A stretch of DNA of 24,000 bases from Enterococcus rotai. Its GTDB lineage: Bacteria > Bacillota > Bacilli > Lactobacillales > Enterococcaceae. A model generated the notes under the pieces. The model had not been told where the DNA came from. It saw only the letters and a program-made list of their open reading frames with translations, and ran no database searches. The stretch is taken from positions 2,313,741 to 2,337,740 of the forward strand of contig NZ_CP013655.1 in NCBI RefSeq assembly GCF_001465345.1, in the 5' to 3' direction. Shown here in pieces: positions 1 to 7,089 of this stretch. Numbering within the stretch: the first letter of the stretch is position 1; each line of letters opens with the position of its first letter. The position numbers were made by a program, and so were the translations under genes.

Positions 1-369
1 AAAGGTGCGGTTCTTTCACTAGATAAAGGCTGGGCCAATTCCAGTGGTACTAGTGAAGCGCCTACCGTGATGCGAGAAACGATTGCCTTAAATTCGATTG
101 GGTCAGCATATGAAGTCGCAACTGCCAGAGCAGACAGCGGTAAAGGTGTTTGGACCATTGCCTTTGGCGCATCGGATACGAATTCTAGCAATCAACCTGT
201 CACACTGACACCTGTAGTAGATCAAGCAGGAAAACCAGTGATAGACAGTATTTATACTAAACCAGTGTATAGCAATTCAGCAATCACACTAAGTATACCG
301 GAAGCAACGAAGATTCATCCGGTAGAATACCAAACGGAGATAACTTGGATATTAGCCAAGTTGCCTTAA
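1..369 (+). CDS. WxL domain-containing surface protein, C-terminal part (5' end outside window)
   Basis: Frame 1 is open from base 1 to the TAA at 367-369, so the Met at 67 in the ORF track is internal. The C-terminus ...YQTEITWILAKLP carries a W-x-L motif. The gene lies directly upstream of a second WxL protein and a DUF916-type gene, the usual WxL cluster layout. Confidence 0.7.
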   Translation, partial: KGAVLSLDKGWANSSGTSEAPTVMRETIALNSIGSAYEVATARADSGKGVWTIAFGASDTNSSNQPVTLTPVVDQAGKPVIDSIYTKPVYSNSAITLSIPEATKIHPVEYQTEITWILAKLP

Positions 370-403
370 TAAAAACACACAATCAATTAGGAGGAATAGC
401 AAT

Positions 404-1207
404 ATGAAAGCAAAAAGTCTTTGTGCATCAACATTAGTAGCAATTTTGGGAGTAACGGTTTTAGGAGCAGCAACACCTGCATTCGCAGCACCAACTGAAC
501 TAACTTCAGAAGGGACTGTAACAGTTACAGAAGGAACTGCTGGTGGTGGTGAATCTGAAACAGTCGATCCAGAAAAACCAGGTGAAGTATTACCGAAACC
601 AGATCCAGAATCTCCAGGTGAAAATACAAATACAGAACAAGGCTCCTTAGTTATTGAAAAAACGACTGATTTGAATTTTGGTTCTGTTAAAACATCTGCT
701 AATGCTGTAACAAGCTATGCCAAACCAATGACATTTAACGGTGGAACAACAAAACGTGGTGCTTATGTACAATGGGCTGACGTTCGTGCCGGAGGCGTTT
801 TTGGTTATACAATCACAGCACAATTAACAAAACAATTCACATCAGGAACAAACGTATTATCTGGTTCAACAATTGACTTTAGCAATGGACTTGCTGTAGC
901 GCAAGGAGATAACACAAATGCTGTTCCTTCAAATGTTAAAACTGGTTTCCAATTAACAGAAGAAGAGAATGATGCACAACCAGTCGTTGTAGCTGACAAA
1001 GACAAAAAAGAAGGAAAAGGCCGTCACATCATCGAATTTGGTCAAAGCTCAACATCACAAAACGGAACACCAGGAACAGATGAAGAATCTGTAAAATTAA
1101 CAATTCCTGCAGCAACTGCTTCAAACATGGCTGTAGCGGATTACACTGCTACTGTAACTTGGAAAATTACTGCTGCACCAGCTGCAGAAGAAACGCCAGA
1201 AGCATAA
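404..1207 (+). CDS. WxL domain-containing secreted cell-surface protein
   Basis: AGGAGG at 389-394 lies 9 nt before the ATG. There is an N-terminal signal peptide (LGVTVLGAATPAFA/AP) and a Gly/Glu/Pro/Thr-rich linker. The C-terminal domain has YVQWADV and TATVTWKITAAP (WxL-type motifs). Confidence 0.85.
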   Translation: MKAKSLCASTLVAILGVTVLGAATPAFAAPTELTSEGTVTVTEGTAGGGESETVDPEKPGEVLPKPDPESPGENTNTEQGSLVIEKTTDLNFGSVKTSANAVTSYAKPMTFNGGTTKRGAYVQWADVRAGGVFGYTITAQLTKQFTSGTNVLSGSTIDFSNGLAVAQGDNTNAVPSNVKTGFQLTEEENDAQPVVVADKDKKEGKGRHIIEFGQSSTSQNGTPGTDEESVKLTIPAATASNMAVADYTATVTWKITAAPAAEETPEA

Positions 1208-1227
1208 GCAGGATCTTCGATTTTTGT

Positions 1228-1254
1228 AGAGGAACAAGTTTAACTTGTTCCTCT
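1228..1254 (+). terminator. Perfect 12-bp hairpin after the WxL gene (terminator or attenuator-like; no U-tract)
   Basis: AGAGGAACAAGT-tta-ACTTGTTCCTCT lies 21 nt after the stop at 1207. It is followed by GTGTAC rather than a T-run, so it may be a partial terminator or an RNA-stability element within the cluster. Confidence 0.45.
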
Positions 1255-1295
1255 GTGTACATAGAAAATATACTTTAGAATAAACGAGGTTAGTT

Positions 1296-2438
1296 ATGAA
1301 ATCACATATAGGATCTATAAAACAATGGGTAAGTATTTTTTTGAGTATCGTGGTTATTGGGCTCTTTTTTTTAAAAGCAGTTCCTGGTTATTCCGCTGAT
1401 AAGAATCCAGCAGGTGTTACAGGGTTTACGTACAGTATTACGTTTCCAGATAATCAAGTAAAAAAAGATTTAGGCTACTTTAAATTAAAAATGGAGCCAG
1501 GTAAAAATCAACAGATTTCCATCGCATTAAGTAATCCTGGTACTGAAAAAGTGACGATTGACGTTAAATTAAATGGGGCAAAGACGAACCAAAACGGTGT
1601 GATTGAATACGGTGAATCAACAATTAAAAACGATCCATCCGTACAATTTGATTTTACCGATATTGTCACTGGACCAGAATCAGTTGAGCTAGCACCAGGA
1701 GAAACCAAGAATCTTGATTTGACCATTCAAATGCCAGAAACAAGTTATGATGGAGTGATTGCTGGTGGTATCCAGTTGATGAGAGCAGATCAAAATGGCA
1801 CCACTTCTAATGAAGGCGGCTCAAAAATCATTAACCAATATGCCTATGTGATTGGTGTTGTACTACAAGAATCAGAAAAAGCTATTGCACCAGATTTAAA
1901 ATTGAACAGTGTGAAAGCTGGCCAAAGCAATTATCGCAATGCTATTTTTGTGAATTACTCTAATGTGATGGCAGCGTATTTAGATAATATGACTGTTGAA
2001 GTTCAAATCACAGAGAAAGGGAAAGAGACTGTTCTATATGAACGCAAACAAACCGCAATGAGAATGGCACCAAATTCCTTTATTGACTTTCCTGTCAGTA
2101 TGAACGGTGAGCGGATGGTTGCAGGAGATTATGTAGCAAACATTCTCGTGACCTCTGGCGATAAAAAATGGAAATGGACCAAAGACTTCAACATTTCAGA
2201 TAAAGATGCGAACAAATTCAACGAGCGAGATGTTGGTTTAGTGCAAGAAAAAGGGCTGGACTGGAAATTGATCGCCCTAATCGTTGTTGGTATTTTAGCC
2301 TTAATTATCCTAATTTTCGTGATTATTCGCATACGTAATAAGAAAAAACAAGAAAAAGAATTAGCCTTAAAAAAAGAACGTAAAAAGAAGAAACAACAAG
2401 GGTCATCTAATGGAAAAAGCAGTAAGAAAAAGGATTAG
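1296..2438 (+). CDS. DUF916/DUF3324-type cell-surface protein (WxL-cluster partner) with C-terminal TM anchor and polybasic tail
   Basis: GAGG RBS at 1286-1289. N-terminal signal/TM segment. FTYSITFPDNQ...GYFKLKMEPGKNQQISIALSN matches the DUF916 N-terminal pattern as I remember it. C-terminal TM helix LIALIVVGILALIILIFVII is followed by RIRNKKKQEKELALKKERKKKKQQ. Confidence 0.8.
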   Translation: MKSHIGSIKQWVSIFLSIVVIGLFFLKAVPGYSADKNPAGVTGFTYSITFPDNQVKKDLGYFKLKMEPGKNQQISIALSNPGTEKVTIDVKLNGAKTNQNGVIEYGESTIKNDPSVQFDFTDIVTGPESVELAPGETKNLDLTIQMPETSYDGVIAGGIQLMRADQNGTTSNEGGSKIINQYAYVIGVVLQESEKAIAPDLKLNSVKAGQSNYRNAIFVNYSNVMAAYLDNMTVEVQITEKGKETVLYERKQTAMRMAPNSFIDFPVSMNGERMVAGDYVANILVTSGDKKWKWTKDFNISDKDANKFNERDVGLVQEKGLDWKLIALIVVGILALIILIFVIIRIRNKKKQEKELALKKERKKKKQQGSSNGKSSKKKD

Positions 2439-2460
2439 GAAAGTATAGGAGCTGTAGTGT

Positions 2461-3129
2461 ATGTCTGTTTTAGATTGGATTTTCATCATAGGGATAGCAC
2501 TGTCAATTGTTGCGCTCCTAGGGTCAGGCTATTTTTTAGTACAGTTTTTTCATAAACGTAGACTGCTAAAAAAACTTCCAAATAAGAAATTTAAAAATAA
2601 AAAGAAAAATAGAAAAATCGCACGAAAAAAACAGCAGTTGATGAAACAGAAAAAAAAGAGCGTACGCTTATTTTGGGTAATGGCAGTAATAACAGCTATT
2701 TTAGCTGGTGGGATGTCGTATCTTTCTTATTATCAGTCGATGAATTTGACAACGGAGGATTCAGATTCGGTTGTGAAAGGCTACTATCTATTGCGGGATT
2801 TTGAAGACCAGTTGATTATAGCTCGTGATAAAAGTGATGAGGAAGAAAAATTACAAAAAAACCTTCGTTACTTAGCCACCTCTATGGCAAGCTATGGGAC
2901 AAAAAAAGCGAGTGACGTCAATTCAGAAGAAGGTCAAATCACCTTGAATCGTTATTATAATTCAGTCAAGCAATTAGGGATGAATGCAAGTACGCAAACC
3001 AAAAACTTTTTCGGCAACCAAGAATTGGTGGATAGTTTTTTAGCCGATATCAAGAAAGCGCAAGTCTATGAAAAAGAAACTTTTGATTATTACAAAGTGA
3101 ATGAATCTGCTTTTAAAGAAGAAAAGTAA
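2461..3129 (+). CDS. Membrane protein of unknown function (two TM helices flanking a polybasic loop)
   Basis: GGAG lies 10 nt upstream of the ATG. TM1 is WIFIIGIALSIVALLGSGYFLVQFF, then HKRRLLKKLPNKKFKNKKKNRKIARKKQQLMKQKKK, then TM2 LFWVMAVITAILAGGMSYL, then a soluble helical C-terminal part. I recognise no family. Confidence 0.6.
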   Translation: MSVLDWIFIIGIALSIVALLGSGYFLVQFFHKRRLLKKLPNKKFKNKKKNRKIARKKQQLMKQKKKSVRLFWVMAVITAILAGGMSYLSYYQSMNLTTEDSDSVVKGYYLLRDFEDQLIIARDKSDEEEKLQKNLRYLATSMASYGTKKASDVNSEEGQITLNRYYNSVKQLGMNASTQTKNFFGNQELVDSFLADIKKAQVYEKETFDYYKVNESAFKEEK

Positions 3130-3148
3130 TCAGAGTGAGTGATTTTCG

Positions 3149-3826
3149 ATGGAGAAAAAATCAAAGCGCACAATAAAAAAGAAACCGACAACCGCAAGAA
3201 AAAAACGTCCTTCTCAAAAAGTACCAGCAAAAAAGATAGGAAACAAAAAAAGACCACACCATAATAAAAAGACCAAACGTAAAAAACAACCTGTCAAAAA
3301 CTATCTAAAAGAATTTATCGTTGCTATAAGTTTGAGTGTCGTATTGATACTTGTCATCAGTTCCTTTTTCCTGACGATCGTAACGGTTCATGGTTTTAGT
3401 ATGATCCCAACGTTACGAGAAAAAGATCAGGTCCTTGTTCAAAAAACAACTGGCTTCAAACGCTTTGATTTAGTTGCCTTTAAAAGTGGCAATGGGAACA
3501 CGCAAATTAGACGAATCATTGGTCTGCCAGAAGAAAAAATTGCGTACACGGACGATACACTTTTCGTGAATGACCAGCCAGTAGACGAAAAATTTATTAT
3601 GGATGAAATCAATGAAAGCCAACGCAACGGTAAAAATTATACAGAAGATTTCACGAATCGAACGTTAACTTCTGCTGTTGTGATTCCTGAGGGATACTAC
3701 TTGGTTTTGGGGGATAATCGACCGTATGCGACCGATAGTCGGCATTATGGTTTGATTGCAAAAGAGAATGTGATTGGGAAAGTTGCGATGCAGCTTTTGC
3801 CGTTTGGTGAGATGAAGAGTTTTTAG
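3149..3826 (+). CDS. Signal peptidase I (S26) homolog with polybasic N-terminal extension; catalytic Lys position occupied by Arg
   Basis: Box B GFSMIPTL retains the Ser nucleophile. Box D reads TQIRRIIGLPEE, where SipS-type enzymes have YVKRIIGLPGD. Box E is GDNRPYATDSRHYG. One TM helix follows about 50 Lys/Arg-rich residues. Confidence 0.8.
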   Translation: MEKKSKRTIKKKPTTARKKRPSQKVPAKKIGNKKRPHHNKKTKRKKQPVKNYLKEFIVAISLSVVLILVISSFFLTIVTVHGFSMIPTLREKDQVLVQKTTGFKRFDLVAFKSGNGNTQIRRIIGLPEEKIAYTDDTLFVNDQPVDEKFIMDEINESQRNGKNYTEDFTNRTLTSAVVIPEGYYLVLGDNRPYATDSRHYGLIAKENVIGKVAMQLLPFGEMKSF

Positions 3827-3842
3827 AGTGGGAATATAGTAC

Positions 3843-3873
3843 AAAAAGGATGGAGATGTTCCATCCTTTTTTT
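3843..3873. terminator. Bidirectional rho-independent terminator
   Basis: AAAAA-AGGATGGA-gatgt-TCCATCCT-TTTTTT. An A-run precedes it and a T-run follows, and it sits between the convergent genes ending at 3826 (+) and 4017 (-). Confidence 0.8.
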
Positions 3874-4016
3874 ATGCTATATTCAAAGTTAGCGAAGATG
3901 AACTAAAGACTGTATAAAAAAACACCTTTCCCATCATCAGTAATATTTTCTGATAGCATAATTTGATCCATATAAAAACCCCCTTTACATATAAGTACGT
4001 AAAGGAGGAAAAAATC

Positions 4017-4313
4017 TTATTTGATGAAAACACTGTTGTCAGAGTGAGTAATTCTCCAAAAAACATAAAGTGAGTATATCGAGTACGCTATCAAAACTAC
4101 AAAAAATAGTTTGCTTAGATTTATCATAGAATTTCCTAAATCATAATTGATAGAAAACTCTTTTTGCAGTTTAAACTTTTCTTCCATTGTTAATGTTTCA
4201 GGGTCTTGAATAGGTAAAAAATTCAGTGTCAGAAAAGTTCCAACAACTTTCAAAACTATAAATAGACAACTAAGTGTAATGATTAGCAACTTATTATATT
4301 TTATGAAACTCAC
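4017..4313 (-). CDS. Small two-TM membrane protein (possible immunity partner of the upstream truncated ORF)
   Basis: The 98-aa ORF starts 13 nt downstream of the stop of 4326..4652 on the same strand. It has two hydrophobic helices (LLIITLSCLFIVLKVVGTFLTL and LFFVVLIAYSIYSLYVF). I recognise no family. Confidence 0.45.
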   Translation of the reverse strand: MSFIKYNKLLIITLSCLFIVLKVVGTFLTLNFLPIQDPETLTMEEKFKLQKEFSINYDLGNSMINLSKLFFVVLIAYSIYSLYVFWRITHSDNSVFIK

Positions 4314-4325
4314 TCCTGTCTTATC

Positions 4326-4652
4326 TTATCTTGACATAGATCTTACTATTTCAATTTTATAAGGTTTTATATATCCACGAGATTGCATAGCATAGCAATA
4401 GTTATTCCCAAAACCGACAGCAAAATTATTACTATATCCATTTGGTTCCCAAGCAAAATCAAATATATCAGTTACTTTTACAGTAGTAAAGTAATTTCCA
4501 TTTGCTTGTCGTTTATAGGACACTGTATAAGACACACCTCGTAAAGCTGTGAGTAAATGTCCACTTGTGAACGTATGTGACCCTGTGAAAGATCCTAAAA
4601 CTCTACCTCCTCGGAAAGCTTCAGCTTTTAAACGACCGTAGTAAGAGCGCAT
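4326..4652 (-). CDS. Hypothetical protein; probable 5'-truncated remnant of a larger gene
   Basis: The reading frame stays open upstream of the Met at 4652 as far as the stop at 4722-4724 (LPILGYFFFTNDTWAKIVDSEDL-M...). There is no start codon or RBS in that stretch. The open frame ends exactly at the left copy of the 4704-4837 direct repeat. Confidence 0.4.
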   Translation of the reverse strand: MRSYYGRLKAEAFRGGRVLGSFTGSHTFTSGHLLTALRGVSYTVSYKRQANGNYFTTVKVTDIFDFAWEPNGYSNNFAVGFGNNYCYAMQSRGYIKPYKIEIVRSMSR

Positions 4653-4703
4653 TAAGTCTTCACTGTCTACTATTTTAGCCCAAGTATCATTCGTAAAGAA
4701 GAA

Positions 4704-4837
4704 ATAACCGAGAATTGGTAATCATACTTGTCACATTTAGAGAATGTTTTCGAGTGAAGGAATGAGGAGCTAAAATACGGAAACGGTATGTTGCTGTATA
4801 TAATGGTGAAGTAGGAAAAAAGAGCATATTTTTGGAT
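4704..4837 (+). repeat. Left copy of a ~135-bp direct repeat (partner at 10912-11052)
   Basis: Hand alignment: ATAACCGA...TTGTCACATTTAGAGAATGTTTTCGAGTGAAGGAATGAGGAGCTAAAATACGGAAACGGTATGTTGCTGTATATAATGGTGAAGTAGGAAAAAAGAGCATATTTTTGGAT versus the 10912-11052 sequence. Identity is high from about 4727 onward, with a 7-bp length difference near the left edge. Confidence 0.8.
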
Positions 4838-4852
4838 CAATTTAAAAACTAA
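4775..4852 (+). pseudogene. Degenerate 5' fragment of a paralog of the 10990..11553 membrane-protein gene
   Basis: It translates to IRKRYVAVYNGEVGKKSIFLDQFKN*, compared with MWKRYVAVYNGEAGEKSIFLDTVTKK of the intact gene. The start codon position is ATA instead of ATG and there is a stop after 25 codons. The upstream GGAG RBS is conserved. Confidence 0.7.
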
Positions 4853-4934
4853 AAACGGAACACATAATTAAGTTGAAAAATGTATTTTATAATTTCCTTT
4901 TAAGTAAGCAAACGGAACATTTGAAAATTATATA

Positions 4935-4963
4935 TTTACATTGAGTTGTTTACGAATTACAAT
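4935..4963 (+). promoter_or_regulatory. Candidate sigma-A promoter of the LXG operon
   Basis: TTTACA, a 17-nt spacer, then TACAAT, about 70 nt upstream of the ATG at 5033. This is the only good -35/-10 pair I found in the AT-rich 4853-5030 spacer. Confidence 0.5.
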
Positions 4964-5032
4964 TAAGTATATATACTATTATAAAAACTAAGTCGTTAGA
5001 CGTTTACTTTTTAATTATAGGAGGAAAAAACG

Positions 5033-5320
5033 ATGCCAAAGGATATAAACAGTAATTCCGCAGTAGCACAAGCTGTCGCTACTTCTATAGCATCATCCGT
5101 GAGCTCCTTAAATCAAGGGACAACGATCACAAAAGATACCCAAACAACTGTTGCAGGCAATAGCAATGCGCAACAGGCTATCACGCAACTAACGACCTTT
5201 AACACCTCACTTGTCCAAGCCGTTACCCAAGCAAGTAACAATATCCGGTCAGTGGCAGCTGAATTCGAAGCAGTTGATCAACGAATCGCTCAAATGCAGT
5301 ATAACCAAATGCTTCCTTAA
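5033..5320 (+). CDS. Small helical T7SSb LXG-partner protein (TIGR04197/DUF3130, Lap1-like)
   Basis: AGGAGG RBS. The 95-aa Ala/Gln/Ser/Thr-rich helical protein has no Trp, so it is not a canonical WXG100/EsxA. It is the first gene of a three-gene unit ending in an LXG toxin, which is the arrangement described for Lap1-Lap2-LXG. Confidence 0.65.
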   Translation: MPKDINSNSAVAQAVATSIASSVSSLNQGTTITKDTQTTVAGNSNAQQAITQLTTFNTSLVQAVTQASNNIRSVAAEFEAVDQRIAQMQYNQMLP

Positions 5321-5340
5321 GCTGAAAGGAGGAATAAAGT

Positions 5341-5697
5341 ATGTCCAACCTTGAAGAAATCAACCAGCAAAAAATCCAACTCGAACGCGAACAAAAAAAA
5401 CTCGAAGATCTAAAACGTGACCTCAACCAAACAGAAGAACACTACGAAGAATATTTTTTCTATCAAAAGCAATTATTCAATGAATTACAAGAAGAATTTG
5501 CCCAAAGCCAGACAGATATGTTATATCAAGATATGGCCGAGCAAATCAACTGGCAAAGCCGAGGGGTTCAAGACTTTTTAGAAGAGCAACAGCAAGAACT
5601 AAAAAAACAAACAAGAGCATTAGAAGATCAACAAGAAGACTTACACTGGCAGGAAATAAAAACAAAAGAAGAAAGGTCGGAAAAGCATGAGTATTGA
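5341..5697 (+). CDS. Small coiled-coil T7SSb LXG-partner protein (DUF3958, Lap2-like)
   Basis: AAGGAGG RBS. The 118-aa protein is strongly Glu/Gln/Lys-rich and heptad-like (EINQQKIQLEREQKKLEDLKRDL...). Its stop overlaps the start of the LXG gene by 11 nt. Confidence 0.6.
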   Translation: MSNLEEINQQKIQLEREQKKLEDLKRDLNQTEEHYEEYFFYQKQLFNELQEEFAQSQTDMLYQDMAEQINWQSRGVQDFLEEQQQELKKQTRALEDQQEDLHWQEIKTKEERSEKHEY

Positions 5698-7087
5698 TAT
5701 GTACCTCGGTCAAGCGAGAAGCCAAGCATCCAGTGTTAAAAGTGCGTGTAGCCAATTAGCACAAGGCTATACGTCTTTGATGCAAAGTAATCAACAGTTT
5801 ATGAGCGCAGGCGAATTATCAAGTAAAGGCTATGACTCTGCCAAAGAATTCTTTGCGGCAGTGATCCAACCTTTAGTTCAAGGTGCCGAAGTAGGCGCAG
5901 AGATGACAGCAGAAGCTTGTCAAAAATTTGTGGATCAATATACATCTGAGGTCGATAGTATTGATTTGAAGTCAGATGACTTAGAAAGACGAATCCGACA
6001 AATCAATACGTCGATCCTGAATATGGAGAGTATTAATCGAGGCTTGCCAAAGCTTCCGACTGGAACGAATCCGTTGGAACAAGCCAATCGGCGGATTATT
6101 GAATCGTTAGAGACGACGAAACGTGATTTAGAGCAGAAGTTAGAGAAATTAATGACGTTTAATGGGACATCGCCTGCTATTTTTGATGGAGTGAATAGTT
6201 TTTATTCGACATTGTCGCAAGGCTTGCAGCAGGCGAATAGTGGGTTTAATCCTGCGACTGGGACGTTTTCGCTTCCGAAAGGGAAAGCGTTGGATTGGAC
6301 GAAAACAGTACAAACAGCTTACCAAAAAGCAAATCAGAAAAAGCTAGATAGTTTAATGAAATTACCTTATTCAATAGAAAATGCAATTAAGGTCTATGAG
6401 ATAGCTCAAAAAGATCCATCAATGAGGTTAGACGAAAAAGCGATTAAATGGTTTAGAGATCATAAAGATGATCTACAAGGATTATTTGTTGATTTTAGTA
6501 TGTCGACAATAGAAGAAACACTTAAACATAATGGAGATGATCTTGCACTTTCTCTCGGTTTGATGTTTGGGACATTATACAAAAATGCACCATATGGTTC
6601 ATGGATGGGCGCAGTAAACCAAGGATTAACAGCTGGTATTACAAGTTCTGCTAATAGTATGTTCAATGCCACGACAGACTTTTTAGGGTCTACAGCCAAA
6701 GCAACTTCACTTGGCTTAGGAATAGGAACCGTATTGGGTCTTGCCTCTGGCGATTCATTTGGTCAAGCTTTTGCAAGTTCTGCTGTTACGACTGGAGTTT
6801 CTTTAGGAATAAATAGTTTAGTTACAACAGGTTTTGCAGTAGCAGCTGTGGCGACACCTGTTGGCTGGGCCGCTGTTGGAGTTGCTGCTGTCGTCACTGT
6901 TGCAACCACTATTGCATTCAATAAAAACTTTTTAGGAATGAAAGATTTAGCAAAAAATACGGGGAATTTGATCGATGATGGTTTGGACTGGACTGGAAAA
7001 AAAGTAAATAATATTGGGCAAGGGATTAAGCAGGTACGCAGTGCGGTTGATGGTGCTTGGAATTCTCTAACCAATTGGAGTTGGTGA
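5687..7087 (+). CDS. LXG-domain polymorphic toxin (T7SSb substrate) with hydrophobic glycine-zipper-like C-terminal domain
   Basis: The N-terminus MSIDMYLGQARSQ...LSSKGYDSAKEFFAAVIQPLVQG resembles LXG domains (compare B. subtilis YobL ...FSGKGASNIKAFYHDHVG). The C-terminal ~115 aa is Gly/Ala/Val/Thr-rich (GLGIGTVLGLASG...AVAAVATPVGWAAVGVAAVVTVATTIAF). The gene is translationally coupled to the preceding one. Confidence 0.8.
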   Translation: MSIDMYLGQARSQASSVKSACSQLAQGYTSLMQSNQQFMSAGELSSKGYDSAKEFFAAVIQPLVQGAEVGAEMTAEACQKFVDQYTSEVDSIDLKSDDLERRIRQINTSILNMESINRGLPKLPTGTNPLEQANRRIIESLETTKRDLEQKLEKLMTFNGTSPAIFDGVNSFYSTLSQGLQQANSGFNPATGTFSLPKGKALDWTKTVQTAYQKANQKKLDSLMKLPYSIENAIKVYEIAQKDPSMRLDEKAIKWFRDHKDDLQGLFVDFSMSTIEETLKHNGDDLALSLGLMFGTLYKNAPYGSWMGAVNQGLTAGITSSANSMFNATTDFLGSTAKATSLGLGIGTVLGLASGDSFGQAFASSAVTTGVSLGINSLVTTGFAVAAVATPVGWAAVGVAAVVTVATTIAFNKNFLGMKDLAKNTGNLIDDGLDWTGKKVNNIGQGIKQVRSAVDGAWNSLTNWSW

Positions 7088-7089
7088 AA

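Noticed and set aside
3872-4066. The 64-aa minus-strand ORF overlapping the terminator and the end of 4017..4313
   Set aside because: It overlaps the 3' end of a better-supported gene. It extends down to the T-run at the edge of the bidirectional terminator hairpin. It has no RBS.
5033-5320. Possibility that the 95-aa protein is a WXG100/EsxA secretion substrate
   Set aside because: It has no Trp and no W-x-G motif. Its composition and its position directly upstream of a DUF3958-like gene and an LXG gene fit the TIGR04197/Lap1-type partner better. No T7SS core genes (essC, esaA, essA/B, esxA) are in this window, so a functional T7SS cannot be asserted from this window.
7057-7089. ORF-track start of the first immunity gene at 7057, overlapping the toxin gene by 31 nt
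   Set aside because: ATG 7090 has a GGAG 9 nt upstream and lies 2 nt after the toxin stop. The same geometry recurs at paralog 3 (GTG 8407). The upstream residues are simply the toxin 3' end read in another frame.
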